From contig NZ_CP007496.1 in the NCBI RefSeq assembly GCF_000803625.1, positions 600,001 to 632,000 on the forward strand: a DNA stretch of 32,000 nucleotides, written 5' to 3'. The stretch is from Candidatus Nanosynbacter lyticus (lineage in GTDB: Bacteria; Patescibacteriota; Saccharimonadia; Saccharimonadales; Saccharimonadaceae). The translations under genes and the position numbers were made by a program. Below the pieces are notes generated by a model that searched no databases, was not told the DNA's origin, and saw only the letters and a list, made by a program, of their open reading frames with translations. Below, piece by piece: positions 7,889 to 16,781 of the stretch. Each line of letters starts with the position of its first letter. The first letter of the stretch is position 1.

Positions 7889-8818
7889 TTACTCAAAATA
7901 TTTCTTCAGCGTCACCGTATCACCCACCCGGGCTTCACGGGTAGTCTTCAAGTTGGTGACGATGTAGCCAATTTCGCCAGTATCGAGCGATAGGTCGGGA
8001 ATCATGCCGGGGCTGAGATGGCCAACTTCCAATGCTAAGCCATTTGCACCAGTCGCCATCATGTGGATTGATTCACCTTTTTTGATCTGCCCGTCAACCA
8101 CCCTGACATACAAAATCACCCCGCGGTAATCATCATAATAACTGTCGAAAATCAGTGCCCGGGTCGGATCATCTGGCTGACCAATTGGTGCCGGGATTCG
8201 CTCAACAATCGCCTCTAAAACCTGATCAATATTCTGCCCAGTTTTGGCAGAAATATGAATAATTTCGCTTTCATCGCAGCCCAGCAAATTGATCACCTGC
8301 TTGGATACTCGCGGCACATCGGCAGCTGGCAAATCAACTTTATTGAGCACCGGGATAATCGTCAAATCCTGCTCCATCGCCAAGTAAACATTCGCCAACG
8401 TCTGAGCCTGAATGCCCTGACTGGCATCAACCACCAACACCGCCCCCTCACAGGCCTGCAATGAGCGGCTAACTTCATAACTAAAATCAACGTGGCCAGG
8501 CGTATCGATAAGGTTGAGATCGTAATCTCCAGCTGGCGGTAATCCTTCCAATGAATCGATAGCCCTGTCGCTGGCGTTGTCTGCGACATTCGATTGAGAG
8601 GAAGCGGTTGCCGCTGGCTGACGGTAATGATATTTCATCCGCACCGGCGCCAATTTAATAGTAATACCTTTCTCACGCTCGAGATCCATCGAATCCAGCA
8701 GCTGCGATTTCATCTCGCGCTTCTCCACCGTCCCCGTCATCTCCATCATCCGGTCAGCCAGCGTCGATTTGCCGTGATCAATGTGAGCGATAATGCAAAA
8801 ATTACGAATATTCTCCAT
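7889..8818 (-). CDS. lepA: Elongation factor 4 (LepA), N-terminal fragment (GTPase domain plus domain II) as a separate ORF
   Basis: [39 protein letters not shown] and NKVDLP form the translational GTPase motifs G1-G4. Homology ends at ...ARVGDTVT, followed by six unrelated codons (LKKYFE) and TAA. Confidence 0.92.
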   Translation of the reverse strand: MENIRNFCIIAHIDHGKSTLADRMMEMTGTVEKREMKSQLLDSMDLEREKGITIKLAPVRMKYHYRQPAATASSQSNVADNASDRAIDSLEGLPPAGDYDLNLIDTPGHVDFSYEVSRSLQACEGAVLVVDASQGIQAQTLANVYLAMEQDLTIIPVLNKVDLPAADVPRVSKQVINLLGCDESEIIHISAKTGQNIDQVLEAIVERIPAPIGQPDDPTRALIFDSYYDDYRGVILYVRVVDGQIKKGESIHMMATGANGLALEVGHLSPGMIPDLSLDTGEIGYIVTNLKTTREARVGDTVTLKKYFE

Positions 8819-10470
8819 TAGCGCATAGACTCCAATCTTCCAAATAGCATCTTTCTTAAGCGCGTCAAAACCGGATCAATTTCTGACAATTTTAGCCACT
8901 TTGACGCGGCGGCGTACACACCAAAGCTAACCATTGAAATAACAACAAACTTCGGAAAAGCACTAAAGAAACTATCATCGTGATAACGAAACGGTAGAAC
9001 CAGCACGCCGACATAACAAACTACGCCGGTAATAATTCCAGCGATTACCATCCTAAAAATTGCCTGCATAAATATCAGATCAAACATCTTTGGCATTTGA
9101 CGATTCATCACAACCAATAAAATCACCACCTCTAAAACTGCTACTGTTGATTGCGCCCAAGCCAAACCATACGCACCCATTTTCAAAACCATAGATAGAA
9201 CAATTGCTAAAATAATGTTCAGAGAAATAGAGAAAATTGAAATATAAAGCGGAGTTTTCGTATCTTGGCGAGCGTAAAATGCTCGCGCGGCCATATGGTA
9301 AATAGTTCGGAATAAAATCGCCACCACTAAGCAGCCTAAAATTCCCGCAATCAATTGGTTACCGCCGTTACGAATAAAATGGACAACGTAACCGCGTGTA
9401 AAGAAAATCACCACTGCCACCGGTAAGGCCATCCAAAAAATAATCCTCAGCAGAGAGCGTAAGTCCTTTTGAAACAGATCATCACGGCCCTCGCCTAAAT
9501 GCTCAGTAAGTTTAGGGAAGGCGGCATTAGAAATTGCCACGCCGATGAGATTAATTGGCATCAAATGTAGGGTTAACGCCTGTTGATACGCCCGAACCGT
9601 ACCGTCCGCCAAACGAGATGCCAAGTTAACTTCGACCAAACTCACCACATAATCCATGCCCTGATCAACCGACCTAGCCGGTAGCAACGATAGGACTTTC
9701 CTAAATCCTCTATTGCGCCAATAGATCTTAAAATTATAGTCAAAGCCCAAACCTGCTAGCCCAACCGCACTCACAATCAGCTGTAGGAATGACCCCAACA
9801 CCACACCAAGCGCCACACCCATAATTCCACCATCAAATATCTGCCAACCGAATAAATTGATACCATTAGTGAACCATACCGTACCAATGATAATTCCGAC
9901 ATTATAAATCATTGGCGCTAGGGCACAGAACATAAATCGCCCAACCGCTTGCTGGATACTGGCAATCACCGAGGCAATAGCAAAAATAAACGGATTCACC
10001 GCAATCACCCGCATCATGCTCACCGCCAAAGCGTGGCCCGACTCACTCAGACCTGGCGCAATTAGATATTTCATCAATGGATCAGCAAAAATAATAATCA
10101 ACACCGACGCGACCATCGTTACTAGCGCCATAAAATTGATCATACTAGAGCTAATCTGCCACGCCGACTGCTTATTTCCCTTAACCCAGCGCTCATTAAA
10201 AACTGGGATAAAAGTCACGCTGAGGGCGCCAGACACCAACACAGCGAACATAAAATCTGGCACCATAAACGCCGCCGTGTAGGCGTCTAATCCGACAGGA
10301 TAGCCAGCCAGCGCGCCGTTTTCGCTTGGCATATAGGCAGAGTTAAGCAATCGATCGCGGAAGAATCCCAGCAAGCTCGACAACAACGTCGAGCCAGCCA
10401 AAATGGTTGCAGCTAACTTGACTGTCAGCCGCTGATTAATTTTATCGACAGTTCTCCGGACGCGCCCCAT
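8818..10470 (-). CDS. murJ: Lipid II flippase MurJ (MviN family)
   Basis: The 550-aa polytopic protein has the N-terminal MurJ pattern [18 protein letters not shown]. Its TAA overlaps the lepA ATG (TAATG at 8816-8820). Confidence 0.85.
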   Translation of the reverse strand: MGRVRRTVDKINQRLTVKLAATILAGSTLLSSLLGFFRDRLLNSAYMPSENGALAGYPVGLDAYTAAFMVPDFMFAVLVSGALSVTFIPVFNERWVKGNKQSAWQISSSMINFMALVTMVASVLIIIFADPLMKYLIAPGLSESGHALAVSMMRVIAVNPFIFAIASVIASIQQAVGRFMFCALAPMIYNVGIIIGTVWFTNGINLFGWQIFDGGIMGVALGVVLGSFLQLIVSAVGLAGLGFDYNFKIYWRNRGFRKVLSLLPARSVDQGMDYVVSLVEVNLASRLADGTVRAYQQALTLHLMPINLIGVAISNAAFPKLTEHLGEGRDDLFQKDLRSLLRIIFWMALPVAVVIFFTRGYVVHFIRNGGNQLIAGILGCLVVAILFRTIYHMAARAFYARQDTKTPLYISIFSISLNIILAIVLSMVLKMGAYGLAWAQSTVAVLEVVILLVVMNRQMPKMFDLIFMQAIFRMVIAGIITGVVCYVGVLVLPFRYHDDSFFSAFPKFVVISMVSFGVYAAASKWLKLSEIDPVLTRLRKMLFGRLESMR

Positions 10471-10476
10471 AACAAT

Positions 10477-12351
10477 TTACGCGTGTAATTTGGCTTCCTT
10501 TGGCAGCTTTGTTCCCTGGAGAATTTCATCGACTGCCGCCTCTTCTAGAGTTTCATATTTAAGAAGTGCATCCTTAAGATCCTCAAGTGACTTACGATTT
10601 GCAACCAATACCACTTCTGCGCGACGCGCCGCCTCTTTGATTAGTGTCTCAACCTCTTGGTCGATTAACTCAGCAACCGCGTCTGAGTACGGCCGCTCAC
10701 GAGTCATTTTATCAAACATTAGCCCACCGTTATCTTCGTGGAAAACTTGGTCGCGAAGTTTTTGACCCATACCTTGCTCAATCACCATATCACGAGCAAT
10801 TTCAGTAGCTTTCCTTAGGTCTGAACCAGCACCCGTAGTAATGCCATCATCGCCATAGATCAGTTTCTCGGCAATTCGACCGCCCATCGCCCGAGCCAAA
10901 ATATCCTTAAACTCGTAAACGTTCGTGTAGATCTTATCTTCCGGCGGCAAGAACCAAGTCACACCGCCCGTACTGCCGCGCGGAATAATTGTTACCTTAT
11001 GAACTGGATCAGAATCTGGCAGAACATGACCGACAATGGCGTGGCCCGCCTCATGGTAAGCTGTCAATTCTTTCTCGTGTTCATTCATCACCTTAGCTTT
11101 ACGCTCTGGACCGATGGCTACTCGCTCAAACGCTTCAGTCAATTCACCGTTAGAGATCTTCTTTTTATTCCGCCTTGCTGCAATGATTGCTGCCTCATTA
11201 GCTATATTAGCGAGATCCGCACCAGACGAGCCAGCTGTCTTGGCCGCCAATTTATCAAGATCAACAGTGTCGTCAACTGGTTTTTTCTTAAAATGAACCT
11301 TTAAAATTGCTTCACGATCTTTACGCTCCGGCAATGTAATTGTCACTCGCCTATCAAATCGACCCGGTCGCAATAAAGCAGGGTCCAAAACGTCAGCGCG
11401 GTTAGTTGCCGCTAGAACAATGACATTTGTTTCACCATCAAAACCGTCCATTTCCACCAAAATCTGGTTCAAGGTCTGTTCACGCTCATCATGGCCACCA
11501 CCCATACCAGAGCCACGCTTACGCCCCACCGCGTCAATTTCATCAATGAAAATAATACACGGCGCATTTTTCTTTGCTTTAGAGAATAAATCTCGCACTC
11601 GCGAAGCACCAACGCCAACAAACATCTCCACAAACTCTGATCCGGAGATTGAGAAGAACGGCACACCAGCCTCACCCGCTACAGCGCGCGCCAACATGGT
11701 TTTACCAGTACCTGGATTACCGACCAGCAAGACGCCCTTCGGAATCTTAGCCCCCAAATCCTTATACTTCTTTGGGTGTTTTAAGAAATCGACAACTTCT
11801 TGCAAGTCCTGCTTGGCATTATCATTGCCAGCAATATCTGAGAATAAGACTTTTTCTTTATCTTGCCCGTACAGACGAGCCTTACTCTTACCAAAACCCA
11901 TAGCCTGATTATTTTGGCCTTGCGCCTGACGCATCATAAACATAAAGAAGACGACAATAATCAACACTGGCGCCACTATCACCGCCAAGTTCCACACTAC
12001 CTCACCGGTTGTTGATGGTGGAATAACTTTAACCTCTACCTTAGCATCCTTATTTAAGCCCTGCTCATAAATGCTACCAGATTCCTTAACTGATCGCTCG
12101 GTAGGCTTAGGCTGGTCTTTAACGGTGACCTTAATGTCATTGCCCTGAATTTCTAATTGAGCAATCTTACCTTCGTTCGCCCGACGAACCACATCTGATA
12201 AAGCTACGTCCTTAAGGTTAGACACAGGGAAGAGTGTTGCATAAAAAATCAACGCTACAAAAATTATAATTGCCCAAAACAGTCCAAATTTTACAATCTG
12301 ATTTATTCCGTTCTTGCCGTTTCTTTGAGGCATCTTAACAGCCATTCTCAA
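10477..12351 (-). CDS. ftsH: ATP-dependent zinc metalloprotease FtsH
   Basis: Walker A GNPGTGKT, the AAA second region of homology, and zinc site [10 protein letters not shown] are present after N-terminal TM segments. The start could be TTG 12351, ATG 12345 or ATG 12333. Confidence 0.95.
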   Translation of the reverse strand: MRMAVKMPQRNGKNGINQIVKFGLFWAIIIFVALIFYATLFPVSNLKDVALSDVVRRANEGKIAQLEIQGNDIKVTVKDQPKPTERSVKESGSIYEQGLNKDAKVEVKVIPPSTTGEVVWNLAVIVAPVLIIVVFFMFMMRQAQGQNNQAMGFGKSKARLYGQDKEKVLFSDIAGNDNAKQDLQEVVDFLKHPKKYKDLGAKIPKGVLLVGNPGTGKTMLARAVAGEAGVPFFSISGSEFVEMFVGVGASRVRDLFSKAKKNAPCIIFIDEIDAVGRKRGSGMGGGHDEREQTLNQILVEMDGFDGETNVIVLAATNRADVLDPALLRPGRFDRRVTITLPERKDREAILKVHFKKKPVDDTVDLDKLAAKTAGSSGADLANIANEAAIIAARRNKKKISNGELTEAFERVAIGPERKAKVMNEHEKELTAYHEAGHAIVGHVLPDSDPVHKVTIIPRGSTGGVTWFLPPEDKIYTNVYEFKDILARAMGGRIAEKLIYGDDGITTGAGSDLRKATEIARDMVIEQGMGQKLRDQVFHEDNGGLMFDKMTRERPYSDAVAELIDQEVETLIKEAARRAEVVLVANRKSLEDLKDALLKYETLEEAAVDEILQGTKLPKEAKLHA

Positions 12352-12373
12352 CTAATCCTTTCGCCTATACTAA

Positions 12374-13210
12374 TCAAACTCTGTCTATTATAACATCTCT
12401 CATTGTCAATTTCATCATAATACCACCACCAATTTGCCAACACGAACCAGGTTTTCCGGTTTTTATGGCAATGAGCGTTCGCTCCAACTGAGAACCCAGT
12501 AACGAAACGTCGTAATGTCGTAAAATATAATAGTATATTAATTCTTGTGCGACATTACCGTCAATCATAGTCAAAAAATATCGACTATTTACAGCCTCAT
12601 CAAACCACTCTAGCTCCTGCTCAATCTCTATCCTCAATTTTCTCTGCTGTCGCCAAACCTCATACACGCCAGCCTTTTGATACTCATCAAGTTCACAATT
12701 TATCCGACGCCTAAATCTATTCCTTTGATATGCATCGCTTTGATTTGTTTCATCTTCACACCATTCCAACTTTTGGCGGATTGCATATTCATAAATTCTC
12801 TGCTTCGTCCATCCACTCATTGGCCTAGCAATCTCACTATCACTCATACCAGCCAGTCCACGCCACCTGGAACCACGAGTTAAATTCATGGCCACAGTCT
12901 CAATAATATCTTCTCGATGATGCGCCGTCACTATCATCCCATCAAAATCTGCCGCCACGCCACGCAAAAATTCATAACGCCTTTGTCGCGCCAATTCTTC
13001 GCTAGCGCCAGAACCCAACTTCTCGCGCCTACAAACAAATTGAATCTTATATTTGTCAGCTAAAGCCTCAACAAACCTAGCATCACTTGCCGAATCCTCA
13101 CGAATACCATGATCAAAATGAGCGACCACCAGATCTTTTTCTGTCCGCGACATTAAATCCAGTAATACTACCGAATCAATCCCACCACTGACTGCGACAA
13201 TATATCTCAC
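12374..13210 (-). CDS. tilS: tRNA(Ile)-lysidine synthetase TilS (short form)
   Basis: The PP-loop VAVSGGIDSVVLL is present with a GTG start at 13210. tilS-ftsH linkage is widely conserved. At 278 aa it lacks the long C-terminal domain of E. coli TilS. Confidence 0.85.
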   Translation of the reverse strand: MRYIVAVSGGIDSVVLLDLMSRTEKDLVVAHFDHGIREDSASDARFVEALADKYKIQFVCRREKLGSGASEELARQRRYEFLRGVAADFDGMIVTAHHREDIIETVAMNLTRGSRWRGLAGMSDSEIARPMSGWTKQRIYEYAIRQKLEWCEDETNQSDAYQRNRFRRRINCELDEYQKAGVYEVWRQQRKLRIEIEQELEWFDEAVNSRYFLTMIDGNVAQELIYYYILRHYDVSLLGSQLERTLIAIKTGKPGSCWQIGGGIMMKLTMRDVIIDRV

Positions 13211-13250
13211 CCATCTATTATCTCACAAAATACTTATACCCAAAACGTAT

Positions 13251-13279
13251 TTGGCAAAATCTGTACTATCTGTTACAAT
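13251..13279 (+). promoter_or_regulatory. Promoter of tRNA-CAU no. 1
   Basis: TTGGCA (13251-13256), a 17-nt spacer, then TACAAT (13274-13279), 11 nt upstream of the mature tRNA 5' end. Confidence 0.65.
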
Positions 13280-13290
13280 CAATGAGTCGT

Positions 13291-13367
13291 GGCACCGTAG
13301 CTCAGCTGGTTAGAGCGCAGGACTCATAAGCCTGAGGTCGGTGGTTCGGGTCCACCCGGTGCTACCA
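13291..13367 (+). tRNA. Elongator-type tRNA with CAU anticodon (Met or lysidine-modified Ile2; cannot be distinguished by eye)
   Basis: Folds as a cloverleaf: acceptor GGCACCG/CGGTGCT (G1-U72 wobble), D arm GCTC/GAGC (Y11:R24), anticodon loop CTCATAA, T arm GGTGG-TTCGGGT-CCACC, encoded CCA. There is an A31/G39 mismatch at the base of the anticodon stem. Confidence 0.9.
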
Positions 13368-13380
13368 GAGATTATTTATT

Positions 13381-13407
13381 TTCCTCGTCAACTGGCGAGG
13401 AATTTTA
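13381..13407 (+). terminator. Intrinsic terminator after the tRNA
   Basis: TTCCTCG (13381-13387) pairs with CGAGGAA (13396-13402) and is followed by TTTTA. Confidence 0.7.
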
Positions 13408-13412
13408 TATGA

Positions 13413-13577
13413 CTAGATTAACTCTAATTCATCAGATTGAACACCATCTAGGGCAGCCAGCTGTCGCGACACAAAACTATCCAGCTCCCACGAATTGCGC
13501 TGTCGATCCCAAGTTGCCAATTCCTTTTTTCGAGTTACCTCTAAAAATTCAGACAATTCGCTGATATTTATTTCCAT
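13413..13577 (-). CDS. Small hypothetical protein (54 aa), below the ORF-track cutoff
   Basis: ATG 13577 is preceded by AAAGGA 9 nt upstream. The translation is MEINISELSEFLEVTRKKELATWDRQRNSWELDSFVSRQLAALDGVQSDELELI with stop TAG at 13415-13413. No homology recognised. Confidence 0.4.
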   Translation of the reverse strand: MEINISELSEFLEVTRKKELATWDRQRNSWELDSFVSRQLAALDGVQSDELELI

Positions 13578-13718
13578 GATATTTTTCCTTTTTGTGTTAA
13601 TTATTTAACTGTCCTTATATTATCATAAATTTGACAAAAAAGCAATACCTTTTTAGCCTATTATTTACCTTTTTATTCCGCTTGTGCTACACTAGTGGGG
13701 AAGGATTTATACACAAAC

Positions 13719-14456
13719 ATGACCCCCGTAACAATCTCATCACTAGCCATCATATTTTTTGCGGCAATTATCCACGCCAGCTTTCAACTAAGCGTCAGTG
13801 TATTGACACTGCTAAGCGGTCATTCAATTGGCAAAAAAACTGCTCAACAAAAAATCTTTCGCATGAGTAATAGTTTTGTGATTGGCGTATTGACCACCAC
13901 TCTACTACTGATTAGCTCCGTTTCTTACTTTTTGTCTCTGTTAGTCCATCATGTCACCAGCGCCGAGCAGCTCGTTGCTGCAATTGTTTCCGGAATGATG
14001 TTTGGATTAGGCATCGCCATCTGGGCATTTTATTATCGCCGCCAGCCTGGCACCTCATTATGGATTCCGCGCGGCTTTGCTGATTATCTAAATAAACGCA
14101 CCAAAAAGACTAAAAACTCTTTTGAAAGTTTTGCCCTAGGCCTAACCAGTGTCATTGCAGAAATTATCTTCATCATTGCGCCAGTGATTGCTGCTAGCCT
14201 AGCCATAATCACCTTACCAAACCCATTACTACAAGTTGCCGGCGTCGTTACTTATATCATCATATCAATACTACCCCTTTTAATTATCATTGTGCTAGTC
14301 GGCGGTGGTCACAATATTTCTAGTCTGCAAAAATGGCGAGAAAATCATAAACGATTTATACAATTTGCAAGCGGTGGAAGCTTACTTATCTTAGCCGCCT
14401 TTATGTTTGTTGATCGCGTTATTGGCGTAATCAGCTACGGAGGTAGCCTATGGTAA
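13719..14456 (+). CDS. Polytopic membrane protein (about 6 TM, Cys-free), unknown function
   Basis: Six hydrophobic segments are visible. The start could be ATG 13719 or GTG 13695. The gene is translationally coupled to the next gene by a 7-nt overlap. I recognise no family signature. Confidence 0.6.
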   Translation: MTPVTISSLAIIFFAAIIHASFQLSVSVLTLLSGHSIGKKTAQQKIFRMSNSFVIGVLTTTLLLISSVSYFLSLLVHHVTSAEQLVAAIVSGMMFGLGIAIWAFYYRRQPGTSLWIPRGFADYLNKRTKKTKNSFESFALGLTSVIAEIIFIIAPVIAASLAIITLPNPLLQVAGVVTYIIISILPLLIIIVLVGGGHNISSLQKWRENHKRFIQFASGGSLLILAAFMFVDRVIGVISYGGSLW

Positions 14457-14737
14457 GATCCGAGCAAATTTATGTTACAAAACAAGGGAAGCGACAGTCA
14501 GAAGAATTTAGCCCAGATAAGCTACATAATTCTATATTTGCTACCTGCCTGAGCGTTCGCACGCCAGAAGGACAGGCCCAGGACATTGCAAAAACCGTCA
14601 CTTTAGGTGTTATGAATTGGTGTGAAACTCGCCCGGAAATAACTTCTGCCGACATTCGACGACAAGCTCAGCGTATTATGAAAGACCTACATCCCGACGC
14701 GGCTTATTTATATAAGAATTATAAAACTATAATTTAG
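14450..14737 (+). CDS. Stand-alone ATP-cone domain protein
   Basis: A 95-aa protein with the ATP-cone pattern V.K..G....F...K...SI...........A..I...V............ITS.DI...A...M.......AYLYKNY. A GGAGG Shine-Dalgarno lies 6 nt upstream. There is no zinc ribbon, so it is not NrdR. Confidence 0.7.
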   Translation: MVRSEQIYVTKQGKRQSEEFSPDKLHNSIFATCLSVRTPEGQAQDIAKTVTLGVMNWCETRPEITSADIRRQAQRIMKDLHPDAAYLYKNYKTII

Positions 14738-14745
14738 GAGATTTA

Positions 14746-16119
14746 ATGTCACAAAAACCGACATTTGACTATGACTATATCGTAATTGGTAGCGGCGCTG
14801 GCGGTTCGCCAGCAGCCAGTATATTGGCTAGTACTGGCAAAAAAGTTGCTATTGTAGAAAAATCAACATTTGGCGGGGAATCACCAAATTGGGGAGACGT
14901 ACCGACCGGATTTATGTCCTACACCATCAACACTTATCAGATTGCCAAAAATGCTGCTAAGTTTGGGTTACGCACTAACTCCGTTGGCTATAACTACCCC
15001 TCCCTGCTCTCCTGGAAAGACGTCGTCACCAGAAGAACTGGCGCCGGCGGAAACCGTCGCTACTATGAGAAACAAGGCATTAGCGTGTTTGCAGGAAACG
15101 CCCACTTCTTAAGTCCAAACGAAATTGCCGTAAATCGCAGACACTTATCGGCCCGCAAATTCCTTATTGCCACTGGCTCTGATTGGCAAATTCCAAAAAT
15201 TCCTGGATTAGAAAACACCACATACTACACCCCAAAAACTATCTTCAATCTAAAGCGACTACCGAAGACCATATTTGTTATAGGGTCGAGCACTACAGCC
15301 CTGGAGCTGGCTCATATATTCTCAGTTTTAGGCGCTAAAGTCTATATAACAGAAGAGTCATCGCGAATCTTGCCGAATTTTGACGAGGAAGTTAGCAACC
15401 TCCTAACTAACGACGCAAAGAAAAACCGTAATATATCCGTCCTGACCTACACCAAAGTTATTTCAACCCAAAAATCTTCAATACAAAAACGCATTACTTT
15501 CCTACAGGGTCAAGTTGAAAAATCAGTACGTGTTGATGAGATTTTAATTGCCGACCAACAAATACCTATGACAGACTTGGGATTAGAAAATGCTGGCGTA
15601 AAATACACAAGAAAAGGTGTTTCTGTCGACTCTTCCCTACGAACCTCTGCGCGACATATTTTTGCTGCCGGAAGTGCCGTGGATGTTACCGTTCAAACAC
15701 ATGAAGTTTTAAGCCAAAGCCGTATAGCTGCTCATAATTTGCTGCATAATAACAAGCTAAAGACAGACAGCTCACCACGCTTACAAGTAGCTTTTACACA
15801 ACCGGAGATTACCCAAGTAGGTATGAATGAAAATGATTGCCGAAAGAAAGGCGTAAAAGTTAAAATGGCAATTGTCCCGCTGACAGCCACTGTACGCAGC
15901 AATATTACCGACCAGCGAACAGGATTTGTGAAGTTAATTATTAATCAAAGACGAGTAATTATTGGGGCAACAATCGTCGGACCGCACGCCAGCGACATAA
16001 TAGCTGAACTCTCTCTAGCAATTAGACATAAAATCACTAGCGATGAACTGGCTTCCACACCGCACTGTTTCACTTCCTGGTCAGAAGCTGTACGAATTGC
16101 CGCCGGAAAACTTCTCTAA
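14746..16119 (+). CDS. Pyridine nucleotide-disulfide oxidoreductase family flavoprotein with degenerate active-site motifs
   Basis: The N-terminal FAD fold DYIVIGSGAGGSPAA...VAIVEK is present. Where class-I enzymes have GGTCLNVGCIPSK this protein has GGESPNWGDVPTG, so both redox Cys are absent. The second dinucleotide motif reads GSSTTA instead of GxGxxG/A. A C-terminal dimerisation-domain-like region is present (IVGPHASDIIAE...TPHCFTSWSEA). Confidence 0.8.
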   Translation: MSQKPTFDYDYIVIGSGAGGSPAASILASTGKKVAIVEKSTFGGESPNWGDVPTGFMSYTINTYQIAKNAAKFGLRTNSVGYNYPSLLSWKDVVTRRTGAGGNRRYYEKQGISVFAGNAHFLSPNEIAVNRRHLSARKFLIATGSDWQIPKIPGLENTTYYTPKTIFNLKRLPKTIFVIGSSTTALELAHIFSVLGAKVYITEESSRILPNFDEEVSNLLTNDAKKNRNISVLTYTKVISTQKSSIQKRITFLQGQVEKSVRVDEILIADQQIPMTDLGLENAGVKYTRKGVSVDSSLRTSARHIFAAGSAVDVTVQTHEVLSQSRIAAHNLLHNNKLKTDSSPRLQVAFTQPEITQVGMNENDCRKKGVKVKMAIVPLTATVRSNITDQRTGFVKLIINQRRVIIGATIVGPHASDIIAELSLAIRHKITSDELASTPHCFTSWSEAVRIAAGKLL

Positions 16120-16149
16120 TTACCCCTGATGCGCTATAATAAGCTCCAC

Positions 16150-16225
16150 GGGGGCGTAGCTCAGGGGTTAGAGCAGTCGGCTCATAACCGATTGGTCGCT
16201 GGTTCGATCCCAGCCGCCCCCACCA
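16150..16225 (+). tRNA. Elongator-type tRNA with CAU anticodon (Met or Ile2)
   Basis: Acceptor GGGGGCG/CGCCCCC is fully paired; D arm GCTC/GAGC; anticodon arm GTCGG-CTCATAA-CCGAT; T arm GCTGG-TTCGATC-CCAGC; A73 and encoded CCA. TATAAT at 16135-16140 lies just upstream. Confidence 0.9.
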
Positions 16226-16312
16226 CAGACTGAACTTGAAATTGATAATCATAAGATGAATATTTTTATTATTCCTGCTACAATATTATGTGGTAACTAT
16301 TAAATTTGTAAA

Positions 16313-16738
16313 ATGAACAAACTAAAACTCAAACGATTAATTTACAGAGTACAGCACGATTATTTAACTTTAAATAATATTGTTATTGCTGCGGCTGTTT
16401 TAATTGCCATGAGCTGGGCATGGGGCTCTATTGAATCAATGCAAAAAAATTACGAGCTGCAGCGCACTATTGAGAATAAACGCCAGCAAGTAGAGATCGA
16501 GAAGCTACAAGTTTCCCTACTGGAATATGAGTCAAAATACTACCAAAGTGAAGAGTATCAAGAGCTGACCCTCAGACAACGAACTGGCAAAGGTCTCCCT
16601 GGCGAGAAGCAACTAATCACTCAGTCATTTGAAGATGCGGCTGCTGCAGAAAAACCCACACCAAACACTGTAAGAACCGACAGTAATTTCCAACAATGGA
16701 TGAACTTTTTGTTTGGCGGGAATAGCCGCAGACGCTAA
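16313..16738 (+). CDS. Septum formation initiator-like protein (FtsB/DivIC family)
   Basis: It has a single N-terminal TM, a coiled coil (MQKNYELQRTIENKRQQVEIEKLQ), then SEEYQELTLRQRTGKGLPGEKQLI, which resembles the DivIC/FtsB C-terminal motif. Confidence 0.6.
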   Translation: MNKLKLKRLIYRVQHDYLTLNNIVIAAAVLIAMSWAWGSIESMQKNYELQRTIENKRQQVEIEKLQVSLLEYESKYYQSEEYQELTLRQRTGKGLPGEKQLITQSFEDAAAAEKPTPNTVRTDSNFQQWMNFLFGGNSRRR

Positions 16739-16742
16739 CTTG

Positions 16743-16771
16743 TTGCAATTATTATGCCAACCTGATATTAT
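16743..16771 (+). promoter_or_regulatory. Promoter of the initiator tRNA
   Basis: TTGCAA (16743-16748), a 17-nt spacer, then TATTAT (16766-16771), 10 nt upstream of the tRNA 5' end. Confidence 0.65.
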
Positions 16772-16781
16772 AACTAGGTAT

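Noticed and set aside
6894-7909. The lepA intervening sequence as a canonical group I or group II self-splicing intron.
   Set aside because: I could not satisfy the boundary rules. For group I (exon ending in U, intron ending in G), no in-frame junction works within the ambiguous TGAC repeat. For group II (GUGYG...AY), the only GTGAC-starting option gives an out-of-frame or stop-containing junction. I saw no domain-V-like motif, and 1 kb holding two ORFs leaves little room for a ribozyme. The flanking direct repeat favours DNA insertion. The intron reading stays as a low-probability alternative to test with covariance models and RNA-seq.
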